This document shows positions 7,849-15,889 of a stretch of DNA of 24,000 nt, in pieces. Position 1 is the stretch's first letter. Each line of letters opens with the position of its first letter. The notes beneath the pieces were generated by a model. It had not been told where the DNA came from. It saw nothing but the letters and a program-made list of their open reading frames with translations, and searched no databases. Origin of the DNA: Dyella monticola. GTDB lineage: Bacteria > Pseudomonadota > Gammaproteobacteria > Xanthomonadales > Rhodanobacteraceae. The DNA lies in assembly GCF_003363155.1 (NCBI RefSeq), contig NZ_QRBE01000001.1, positions 801,325 through 825,324 of the forward strand. The letters run 5' to 3'. The position numbers were made by a program, and so were the translations under genes.

Positions 7849-8366
7849 ACACGTCTTCTCGCGTGGCAGCGATGGCGCCGCCACCCTTTGCATCGCTCGT
7901 CGATCACGAGGGACTGACGCGCGTCTCGCTGGCTTACGTCGCGCATCGTCTCAACCTCTATCTGCGTTTCGGTGAGCCTGCCTATTACGTGCAACACGAT
8001 CGCTGGCGACGCATGGCGGCGTTCCGACCGGCGGCGATGTTCTGCCGCATCCGCTGGGAAGCCAACGACTACGGCACCGTGCGTTGGCAAGTCATGGTCA
8101 TGCAGGCATGTACCTCGCTGGATGTCGCGCAGCGCATCCCTGGCGTGCATCCGGGCGCGCGCCTGCTGCTGCACGCCGAAGGCGAACGGCAAGTGCGGGC
8201 CACGCTATCGTGCATTGATGCCATCGATGCACTGAACATCGCGCCGGCCGACACGTCGCCTGCGTACTGGCGCACGCTGGGCAACCGACTCGCCGTGCAG
8301 GGACCCCTGCCGCTGTACACGACCGAACGACACGCGGCGTGGTTGGCGGGGAGGGCACTGTCATGA
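7845..8366 (+). CDS. DUF2840 domain-containing protein
   Basis: LTRVSLAYVAHRLNLYLRFGEP...RIRWEANDYGTVRWQVMVMQ is typical of DUF2840 proteins that follow parA in these elements. The GTG start forms a GTGA overlap with the upstream stop; the alternative start is ATG 7872. Confidence 0.8.
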   Translation: MNTSSRVAAMAPPPFASLVDHEGLTRVSLAYVAHRLNLYLRFGEPAYYVQHDRWRRMAAFRPAAMFCRIRWEANDYGTVRWQVMVMQACTSLDVAQRIPGVHPGARLLLHAEGERQVRATLSCIDAIDALNIAPADTSPAYWRTLGNRLAVQGPLPLYTTERHAAWLAGRALS

Positions 8367-8938
8367 GGACTGTTTCGCGCACCGACACCGTGCCGCGTCC
8401 TCGCGTGACCCATCGTCGGCGCTTCATGTGGGCAGCCTTATCCGCCTGCGGCGTCATTGCGCTGGCCTGGGCGTCCTTCATGTCGCCCAGGCCGCGCTTG
8501 ATCTACAACCCGTCCGAGAGCGTGGCGGTCGGCTGGTACCACATTGATCCGCGCGAATTTGGTGCGGCTGCGCCACCCGTCGGTAGCCTTGTGCTGGTAC
8601 CGCTGCCAGCCTACGCCGCGGAGCTGGCCGCGTGGCGCGGCTACCTGCCGCGGGGCATTCCACTGCTCAAGCCGGTGGCCGCCGTCGCGCCGCAACGCGT
8701 GTGCGTGGCCGACGGTATCGTGCGCATCGATGGCGTGCCGGTGGCCGCCGTGTTGCGCATCGATGGTAGGGGACGCCCGTTGCATGCGTGGCCGCACTGT
8801 CGGCGCCTGCGTCCGGGCGAACTGTTCCTGCTCGGTACGACGAATCCAGCGTCGTTCGACAGCCGCTACTTCGGTCCGGTACGCGTATCCGCCGTGCTCG
8901 GCATCGCGCATCCGATCTGGCTGGAGACACGCCGATGA
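8363..8938 (+). CDS. traF: S26-family conjugative transfer signal peptidase TraF
   Basis: It has an N-terminal TM segment (FMWAALSACGVIALAWASF), then LIYNPSESVAVGWY and GELFLLGTTNPASFDSRYFGPV, which are typical of TraF/S26. ATGA overlap with the DUF2840 gene. Confidence 0.85.
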   Translation: MRTVSRTDTVPRPRVTHRRRFMWAALSACGVIALAWASFMSPRPRLIYNPSESVAVGWYHIDPREFGAAAPPVGSLVLVPLPAYAAELAAWRGYLPRGIPLLKPVAAVAPQRVCVADGIVRIDGVPVAAVLRIDGRGRPLHAWPHCRRLRPGELFLLGTTNPASFDSRYFGPVRVSAVLGIAHPIWLETRR

Positions 8939-9064
8939 TGGCCGCCGACGCGCCGCGCTGCGTCGTATCCATCGACCTGTCGTGGCGGTGGTTCCCGCCG
9001 TGTCGTCGCGCGGATCGTGCGGGTGCCTTCGCACCCCACGGCCCGCGACATCCGGCGGTGTCTT

Positions 9065-9255
9065 CCCCCGTGCAGACGGCTTGTCCCGAGCGCGCCATGC
9101 CAAGGGCATGGCGGACGCTCGCCGGCGGTCGTGCAGCGCGTTGCGCTGCGCCGCCGGTGCGCCGAAGACCGGAGCGACAGCGCAGGTCAAAGGCGCAGGG
9201 CAAGATAAAAGGTCGCGGCACTGCGTGGCGCGAAAAGGCCGTCTGCACGTGGGGG
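9065..9255. promoter_or_regulatory. Candidate oriT / relaxase promoter region with nested inverted repeats
   Basis: The outer IR CCCCCGTGCAGACGGC (9065-9080) pairs with GCCGTCTGCACGtGGGGG (9238-9255). The inner hairpins are CGCCATGCC-aag-GGCATGGCG (9093-9113) and CCGGCGG..GCAGCGC-gtt-GCGCTGC.CCGCCGG (9122-9157). It lies in the 436-bp gap directly upstream of the relaxase gene. No nic site could be identified by eye. Confidence 0.4.
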
Positions 9256-9374
9256 TGGCGCGGCACGCACCAGGGGGTAGCCGCGTGTCGCGAAGGTGCG
9301 CAAGGCCGTATTGGCGCTCGCGAAATCCCGTGCTTCGCGCGCCGGGCTGCGCTGGACTTGGAGGGAGCCGCAGC

Positions 9375-11333
9375 ATGAGCCGCCACGACGATGACCGTTT
9401 CCGCATCCGGCCCGGGGTACCCAAACATCGCGGCGACACCTTCATCAACCGGGTGCTGCGGCAGACCAGCAAGGCCGGCTCGAAGGCCAGCAAGACCTTC
9501 CGCACGACCGGCCAGCGTCCCGGTGCCCGACTGGGACGCGGTCATGTCGCGGCACGTTTCGCGGGCCGGGGACTCGGACCGAATGCCCGGCGTGTCGCCA
9601 TCAAAACGCGGCTCGTCAACCTAAAACAGGCCGGCCGACGCTCGACCGAGACGCACCTGCGCTACATCGAGCGTGACGGTGTCGATCGCCAGGGCGGGCC
9701 GGGCCACGCTTACGGGCCAACGACCGACGACGCCGACCTTGAAGCGTTCAAGGAACGCGGAGCCGACGACCGCCACCAATTCCGCTTTATTGTTTCGCCG
9801 GAAGATGCCGAACAGCTCGACGATCTGCGCACCTATACGCGGCACTTGATGGCGCGCATGGAGGCGGACCTGGGCACGCGACTTAAGTGGGTCGCGGTCG
9901 ATCACTGGAACACCGACAACCCGCACACGCACGTCGTTCTGCGCGGCAAGGACGACACCGGCAAGGACCTCATCATCGCCCGCGACTACATCGCCGAGGG
10001 GATGCGTCGGCGGGCATCGGAACTGGCGACCGAATGGCTGGGGCCGCGCACTGAACGGGAAATGCAACGCGCCTTGCAGCGCGAAGTCGATCAAGAACGG
10101 TGGACGGGCCTGGATCGCACCTTGCAGCGTGAGGCCGGCGACGATGGCCTGGTGCGCATCGAACGCTTCGCCGAACCCCGGTTGCAACGCCAGCGGCACA
10201 TGTTGATCGGCCGCCTGCAACGCTTGCAGCGCATGGGTCTGGCGATCGAGCCGCAGCCCGGCGCGTGGGCCGTCCGTGCCGACACCGAGGCGACCCTGCG
10301 GGCGATGGGCGAGGGCGGCGACATCATCCGCACGATGCAGCGGGTCATGAGCGGCACGCAGCGCGAACTGACTGTGTTCCAGCCCGGCCACGACGGCCGC
10401 GCTTTCGTGGGCCGCGTGGCCGGCAAGGGATTGGCCGACGAGCTGTACGACAAAGGCTATCTGATCGTCGATGGCACGGACGGCAAGGCGCACTACGTTG
10501 CGCTGCCGCCGCATGCGGAACTGGAGCAGTTCCCGACCGGCGCTATCGTAGAGGTAAAAGATTCGGCCGACGCGCGCGCTGCCGACAAGACTGTCGCCGC
10601 GCTGGCCGTCGATGGCGTGTACCGCACCGATCATCATCTGGCCGTCGCACTGGGGCAAGCCACGCCCGACCGCGATCCGCACGAGGTAATAGCCGCCCAT
10701 GTGCGCCGGCTGGAAGCCCTGCGCCGCGCCGGCATCGTGGAGCGCGAAGCCGATGGCGTTTGGCGTGTCCCCGGCGACTTGGCCGAACGAGGGCGTCAGT
10801 ATGATGCGCAGCGTCTCGGCGGTGGCGTGGCGGTGGAACTGAAATCGCACCTGCCCATCGAGCGGCAGGCCCGCGTGATCGGTGCCACCTGGCTCGACCA
10901 GCAGTTGATCGGCGGCGGCAAGGGGTTGGGCGAGCTGGGCTTTGGGGCCGAGGTCAAGGACGCGTTACGGCAACGCACCGACTTCCTGGCCGAACAGGGC
11001 CTAGCCGAGCATCGCGGGCAGCGCATCATCCTTGCACGCAACCTGCTGGCGACGTTGCGCGGGCGAGAGCTGGCGAAGGCCGGACAAGACATCGCGACCG
11101 AAACCGGCCTGGAACATCGGCCCGTGGCCGACGGGCAGCGCGTGGCCGGCATCTATCGGCGTTCCGTCCTGCTCGCCAGCGGGCGCTACGCGGTGCTCGA
11201 TCATGGCATGGGGTTCAGTCTGGTGCCGTGGAAGCCCGTGATCGAACAGCGGCTGGGGCAGCAGCTCGCCGCGACGGTGCGCGGCAGCGGTGTATCGTGG
11301 GAGATTGGGCGGCAACGCGGGCCATCCATGTAA
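9375..11333 (+). CDS. Conjugative relaxase (VirD2-like relaxase/mobilisation nuclease with DUF3363-type C-terminal region)
   Basis: The motif THLRYIERDG carries the catalytic Tyr, and VDHWNTDNPHTHVVLRG is the His-triad H-x-D...H-x-H. An SD (GGAGGGA) lies upstream of ATG 9375. The 277-codon upstream extension in the track (from 8544) was rejected. Confidence 0.9.
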   Translation: MSRHDDDRFRIRPGVPKHRGDTFINRVLRQTSKAGSKASKTFRTTGQRPGARLGRGHVAARFAGRGLGPNARRVAIKTRLVNLKQAGRRSTETHLRYIERDGVDRQGGPGHAYGPTTDDADLEAFKERGADDRHQFRFIVSPEDAEQLDDLRTYTRHLMARMEADLGTRLKWVAVDHWNTDNPHTHVVLRGKDDTGKDLIIARDYIAEGMRRRASELATEWLGPRTEREMQRALQREVDQERWTGLDRTLQREAGDDGLVRIERFAEPRLQRQRHMLIGRLQRLQRMGLAIEPQPGAWAVRADTEATLRAMGEGGDIIRTMQRVMSGTQRELTVFQPGHDGRAFVGRVAGKGLADELYDKGYLIVDGTDGKAHYVALPPHAELEQFPTGAIVEVKDSADARAADKTVAALAVDGVYRTDHHLAVALGQATPDRDPHEVIAAHVRRLEALRRAGIVEREADGVWRVPGDLAERGRQYDAQRLGGGVAVELKSHLPIERQARVIGATWLDQQLIGGGKGLGELGFGAEVKDALRQRTDFLAEQGLAEHRGQRIILARNLLATLRGRELAKAGQDIATETGLEHRPVADGQRVAGIYRRSVLLASGRYAVLDHGMGFSLVPWKPVIEQRLGQQLAATVRGSGVSWEIGRQRGPSM

Positions 11334-11570
11334 CGCGGCGGTTGCGTTATGGGATTGCTTCCTTGAGTAGCCCAGCGCGGGAGGTGACCAGTCGCGGCAA
11401 GCTGGAACACTCGGCACGATAGATGACGTAGTACACCAACGCCGAAGCGAATGCGATCTCTGGGAAAAGCCGCACCAGCCCGTTGGGGTTTGCATCCCGA
11501 GAGTGTCGAGGCCAAGCCGACAGTGCCATGATCGACATGGTGCGGCGGGCTATGCCACAGGGGTGGGGAA

Positions 11571-12776
11571 ATGCGGATTCAAGTCGTCACAGAGCCAGGG
11601 AAGGTCAAGAAGCGTCTCCTGGAGCTCCTAGCTGATTGTGAGACCTATTCTTGGGTATCGGCCTGGGTGACCAGCAATGAGGTCATCACAGAAGCGCTAA
11701 GCCAGCATCACAAAATGGCGCGACTGGTTATCGGGACTGACCGCTACATCACATCTCCATAGGTCCTGGACGCGTGCTTGGGGTTAGACCAGGTCAAGAT
11801 TTACCCGCCAGGTGAGGATGTCCTATTTCATCCCAAGGTCTACGCGTTCGAATTGGAAGCCGAAGTGGAGGTCTACGTTGGGAGCTCCAATCTCACGGGT
11901 GCGGGCCTGTCGAAAAATCACGAGTGCGGGATTTTCATCCGCGCGGAATCGACGCATTCAAAGCTCCAACAATTTCTGAATTACATCGACGAGAGATTTG
12001 ATGAAGCGTCGGTGTTAGATGCCGACTTCATCACCGCTTACAAAGCCAACAAGAAACGGGTGAAGGACGCCGAAGATGAATTGAAGAAGTTCACGCGAAT
12101 CGCGCCCGCTAGGCGTGCCAAGAATTCCTTCACCACCACCCACGCGCAAGACTTGCGGTGGAAGGAATTTGTCACCAAGGTCAAGAATGACACAGTCGGC
12201 GCGTTTGATATGCGCTTGGACATGCTGGGGCGTATTCACAAGTGGTTTGCCTCAGGGCGAAGCTTTCAGGAGTTTACACTTGGTGAAAGAAAACGCGTGA
12301 CGGGCATCATCTTTCCATCTAAACCCAAGAACATTGACTGGGGTCTGTTCGGGCAGATGACGGCCAACGGTGGATTTTACGATGTGCTCGATGACCATAC
12401 CAATATCATTTCCATGGCACTCGACAAAATACCTTTGTATGAGCCCGTGAAGTGGAGTCACTACGACGATTTTTGGACCTGCTTTTCGTTGATTCCCCAA
12501 GCATCGGATGGATGGATAGGACTTGCCACGCGTTTGCTTGCGATGAAGAGGCCCGATGAGTTTGTCTGTCTCACACGAAAGAATAAACAAGGCGTCTGTG
12601 GCTATCTGGGTGCGCCGTATTCAACGATGACGCTTAAAAACTATTGGGAACGTATCATCGAGAAAGTGCGCATTACGCCTTGGTATCTCAAAAAGGAGCC
12701 CAGGGACCCGCTGGAGCGAAAAATTTGGCATTGCCGTACCGCATTGCTCGATGCCATCTATTACGACCAAACTTAG
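11571..12776 (+). pseudogene. HKD/PLD-family nuclease gene (N-terminal PLD domain plus unassigned C-terminal domain of about 230 aa) interrupted by an in-frame TAG at 11760-11762
   Basis: ORFs 11571-11762 and 11778-12776 share one frame and are separated only by the TAG. The HKD motif is LFH(87)PK(89)VYAF...YVGSSN(107)LTGAGL. The stop falls between predicted strands of the PLD fold (ARLVIGTDRYITSP*VLDACLGLDQVKIY). The region is low GC. Confidence 0.75.
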
Positions 12777-13116
12777 AAAATTACTTGCAAAATCGCAATT
12801 GACAAGTGTCAATTTGTCTATTCAATGAAACTGGGAGAGGAGAAAAAGAACAGATTTGATAGTTACTTTACAAAGTAGCCAAATCCTATAACTAGGAGAA
12901 CCTCAGGAGTCCCAAAAGAAGCTCTGATGCAACCAATATCTTGTATGTGTTGTCACTGAAGAATGGCCGAAGCATCGAAGTGCCCGCCAATCAGTCCAGA
13001 GCCAGGATCCGCGAGCTCAGCCCTAAAGAAACCAATGGCGTGAATGTCTTAAGGCTCAGTGTTGGCGCCGATAACTACCAGCGTGCACCGACCATCGGGC
13101 TTCGCGCTAGCTTAAT

Positions 13117-13734
13117 TTACCGCCGACTGCGGAGCACCACCCAGTGGCGCAGACCATCGACCATTAGCGCGAGTCCGAACTCGAAAGCGGCCTCGGGATC
13201 GACCCGTTCGCTCGCGCCAGGACGGTCGATGTGCTTCGGTGTGGCCGATTCGCGCTTAGGGGCAGAACCAGCCTTCTGGTCATGGGCCTGCTCGTCCAGG
13301 ACGCATCCGATCGTAAATTGATGGGCGGCAAATAAAGCCATGCCAGCCTCGCCGGGCGTCATGCCGGCACGCACCAGATAGTCGATTTTGGGGCGACTGC
13401 GCGTGGGGTCCTTGGAGCCCTCCGGGGCGCCGGCGTGCAGGCGTGCACCGTCCCGATGAGCCAGCAAAGCGCAACGCAAGCTGCGCGCGTTGTCGGCAAA
13501 CCAAGTCGACCAGCGCGATGGATCTGCCGGAACCACCAGTGCCTGATGCGCTGCCAGCATGGTGGTGGCCATTTCTGCCAGCAGTGCCGCCTTGTCTCGG
13601 AAATGCCAGTACAGCGAGGCCGATTCGATCCCCAGTTTCTGTGCCAAGCGTCGGGTCGAAAGCGCATCCAGCCCCAACTCGTCGAGTAGTTCGAGGGCGG
13701 CGCTGACCACTTGGTCACGTCGTATCTTCGTCAT
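13117..13734 (-). CDS. tetR: Tet-class TetR repressor homolog
   Basis: The HTH is LSTRRLAQKLGIESASLYWHFRDKAALL. The core and C-terminal blocks NARSLRCALLAHRDGARLHAG, HQFTIGCVLDEQAHD and AFEFGLALMVDGL parallel TetR(B) [36 protein letters not shown] and AFLFGLELIICGL. Confidence 0.9.
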   Translation of the reverse strand: MTKIRRDQVVSAALELLDELGLDALSTRRLAQKLGIESASLYWHFRDKAALLAEMATTMLAAHQALVVPADPSRWSTWFADNARSLRCALLAHRDGARLHAGAPEGSKDPTRSRPKIDYLVRAGMTPGEAGMALFAAHQFTIGCVLDEQAHDQKAGSAPKRESATPKHIDRPGASERVDPEAAFEFGLALMVDGLRHWVVLRSRR

Positions 13735-13743
13735 AATTGATTT

Positions 13744-13778
13744 TCTATCGGCGATAGATAAAACTAGCAGTGATAGAG
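13744..13778. promoter_or_regulatory. Two tandem tetO-like operators immediately upstream of tetR
   Basis: O-a is TCTATC-GGC-GATAGA (13744-13758), whose two half-sites are identical to the canonical tetO half-sites. O-b is CTAgCAGTGATAGAG (13764-13778), one mismatch from CTATCAGTGATAGAG of tetO2. Confidence 0.65.
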
Positions 13779-14468
13779 TTGCCCGGATAGTGACTCCAAT
13801 GCCTGCCTCTGACGTTGCCCCCCCAGTCGGGATCGCGGATGGAAAGAGGGTCGGACTGCCCGCTGGTCGGTGCTGTCATCGCCTTGGTGTTCCCGCCATT
13901 TTTGTCGAAGAGCCGAAGCCGGTTCGCCACGGCCGCGCGCCCGCGGCATGAGAACAATGAAGCCGGGCTCGTTCAAGGGAAGGATCGATGCCGTCGGCAC
14001 AGGGGTGGTTGTCGCCTCGAAGCAACGTACGCCTGCCGCACGCCGCGAACGCACACTGCTGCACGCACTGCGATCCTCGCTGCAGCCTTGGGCTCGCGAA
14101 GATGACGGCTGCCAATGCCTCGCCATTGGGATGCAGGTATCGCGCGGATCGATGATCAAGGCAAGGGGCCTGCGTTGACGAGGCTGCTTAAGCTTGGCGA
14201 GGTAGTGATCCGTTCCAGAGGATATGTCCTGCGTCGCGGACGAGCACTTCGCGAAAAACTCCGGTGCGAGGACGTTGACTGCATGGACCTCTTCAACCGA
14301 GTCACCGCCGAGGGATGTGCAGACGTAATGGATTAAACGCTCGGTAATCGCGCCGGGCGGCCGACCGCCCTGTGTCAGAAAGCCCTGCACTATCGAGATT
14401 GAACGCCTGCAAATCGAGTCGGCTAACCCTTTTGGATTTCACGGATAAGTGCGCCGTCTGAGAGGACG

Positions 14469-15377
14469 ATGATGGACATCCGCCACCTTCGATGCTTCCT
14501 CGCCGTTGCCGAAGAGTTGCACTTCGCGCGCGCGGCCGAGCGGTTGCATATCGAGCAATCGCCCCTCTCGCGAGCGATCAAGGAATTGGAAGAAAGTCTC
14601 GGTGTACGGCTGTTCGAACGCACCACCCGTAGCACACGGCTGACCTGGGCCGGGCAAGTCTTGCTGGAAGACACGCGACGCATATTCGCAGCTCTCGATC
14701 AGGCCAAAGTCAATGTCAAGGCGGCGGCCAACGGCTATCGCGGGACGCTGCGTATTGCCGTTTCTGACGGGATCGTACCCTCGCGTCTCGCGGCGTTGCT
14801 CGCGCAATGCCGCGCCGAGGAACCGGAGGTGGAAATCCGCTTGTTCCAGATACCCCTCGCGCAACAGGTTAAAGGGCTGCGCAGTGATTTGTATGACGTC
14901 GGCTTTGCCCAGTCGGCGGATGTGGGGGATGGCCTTCTTACCGAACCCGTATGGCACGATCCACTGGTGGCAGCGATACCTGCGCGTCATCCGCTGCTGA
15001 CCTACAAGCGCGTTCCGCTGGCAGAAGTGCTGCGCTATCCGCTGGTGCTATGCCACCCGCAAGCGTGTGAGGGGTGTGCGCGCCAGATCGAAAGCGTGTT
15101 GCGGAAGGTGGACGTGGAACCGATCGTGGCCGACCACGCGAGTTCGCCCGACATGCTGCTGGCGCTGGTGGCGGCGGGCTATGGCATCGGTCTGATCAAC
15201 GCGACGCGGATCGAGGATTTTCGGCACCCCGATGTCGTCACGCGGCCGCTGGCGGGTCGTGCGGTGATGTTGACGACGTACTTGCTGCGGCTCGACAGTG
15301 AGCCGTCAGAGCCGTTGCGGCATTTCATCGAGCGAGTCAAGCCCGAACTGGAAACGACACAAGGCGACAAGCCTTGA
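14469..15377 (+). CDS. LysR-family transcriptional regulator (occupies the position of the conserved LysR regulator upstream of traG in Tn4371-type elements)
   Basis: MDIRHLRCFLAVAEELHFARAAERLHIEQSPLSRAIKELEESLGVRLFERTTR is the LysR wHTH, followed by a substrate-binding domain of typical length. Confidence 0.9.
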   Translation: MMDIRHLRCFLAVAEELHFARAAERLHIEQSPLSRAIKELEESLGVRLFERTTRSTRLTWAGQVLLEDTRRIFAALDQAKVNVKAAANGYRGTLRIAVSDGIVPSRLAALLAQCRAEEPEVEIRLFQIPLAQQVKGLRSDLYDVGFAQSADVGDGLLTEPVWHDPLVAAIPARHPLLTYKRVPLAEVLRYPLVLCHPQACEGCARQIESVLRKVDVEPIVADHASSPDMLLALVAAGYGIGLINATRIEDFRHPDVVTRPLAGRAVMLTTYLLRLDSEPSEPLRHFIERVKPELETTQGDKP

Positions 15378-15420
15378 GATTTCGCCCATCGAAGGGCGCG
15401 CTGTTGCAGGAGGAAAGGTC

Positions 15421-15669
15421 ATGAAAAAGTCCGCTTCCGTCATGATGGCTTGCATGCTGTTGGTGGCGTGCAGCAAGGCTCCGCCTACCGATACGGTGGA
15501 TTCGTTGGTAGCCCATCCCGATCACTTGCGCGAGGTCGAAAAGCGGTGTGCGGACGACTACGCGAAGATGGGTGCCGCGGAATGCAATGCGGCATCTGAA
15601 GCACGCCATCGGTTATTTATGGGCAACGGCCCGCAGTACACGCCGCCCAAAAAACCACCGACGTTCTGA
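15421..15669 (+). CDS. Entry-exclusion-type small lipoprotein (EexN-like)
   Basis: A strong SD (AGGAGGAAAGG) precedes the start. The signal peptide has the lipobox LVAC(17), and the protein is 82 aa. It is homologous by eye to the TrbK-alt-position lipoprotein at 23136-23426. Confidence 0.75.
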   Translation: MKKSASVMMACMLLVACSKAPPTDTVDSLVAHPDHLREVEKRCADDYAKMGAAECNAASEARHRLFMGNGPQYTPPKKPPTF

Positions 15670-15809
15670 ATCGTCAGTCGAGCAACGCGCGATGTCATTT
15701 GTTGCGTGATACGTCTGCACGCGCCCGAGTGCGCTGCAATGCGCGGCGCTTTGTTCCTGCTTGAAATGTTGCGTTTTCGATCTTCACCATCGCCATAACG
15801 GTCTTTGAC

Positions 15810-15864
15810 CGGCACTGATTGCGGCACTGATTCTCACGGCTATGCAGCGCGGAAGGGCTGCATA
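15810..15864. promoter_or_regulatory. Tandem direct repeat plus palindrome upstream of traG (possible operator)
   Basis: CGGCACTGATT occurs at 15810-15820 and 15822-15832. A perfect 8-bp inverted repeat TATGCAGC (15841-15848) / GCTGCATA (15857-15864) ends 25 nt before the traG ATG. Confidence 0.3.
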
Positions 15865-15889
15865 ACGGACGTGGAAATCGGAGTCTGGC

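Noticed and set aside
8544-9374. 277-codon N-terminal extension of the relaxase ORF (the track gives 8544-11333, 929 aa)
   Set aside because: The extension overlaps traF in another frame and is R/C/S/A-rich with no protein-like pattern. The conserved relaxase N-terminus (MSRHDDDRFRIRPG...) starts at ATG 9375, which has a GGAGGGA SD. The open frame is a high-GC artefact.
9621-10850. 409-aa minus-strand ORF antisense to the relaxase. Similar antisense ORFs lie at 15998-17395 (465 aa, over traG), 21389-22387 (332 aa, over trbE), 18174-18953 (over trbB) and 8438-9505.
   Set aside because: All lie fully inside well-supported + strand genes or the oriT gap. They have low-complexity R/A/G/P composition and no recognisable domains, so they are GC-driven shadow ORFs.
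11347-11538. 63-aa minus-strand ORF between the relaxase and the PLD gene
   Set aside because: There is no SD and no recognisable family, and it sits at the backbone/cargo junction where GC is shifting. The support is insufficient.
12941-13321. 126-aa + strand ORF after the PLD gene
   Set aside because: The 3' two-thirds is antisense to the well-supported tetR gene, and the 5' part lies in AT-rich intergenic DNA. There is no SD and no motif.
13764-14390. 208-aa minus-strand ORF between lysR and tetR
   Set aside because: It has a GTG start with no SD. Its second half is R/S-rich and not protein-like, and its stop lies inside the tetO-like operator. It is kept only as a possible decayed gene remnant (see the tetR finding), not as a CDS call.
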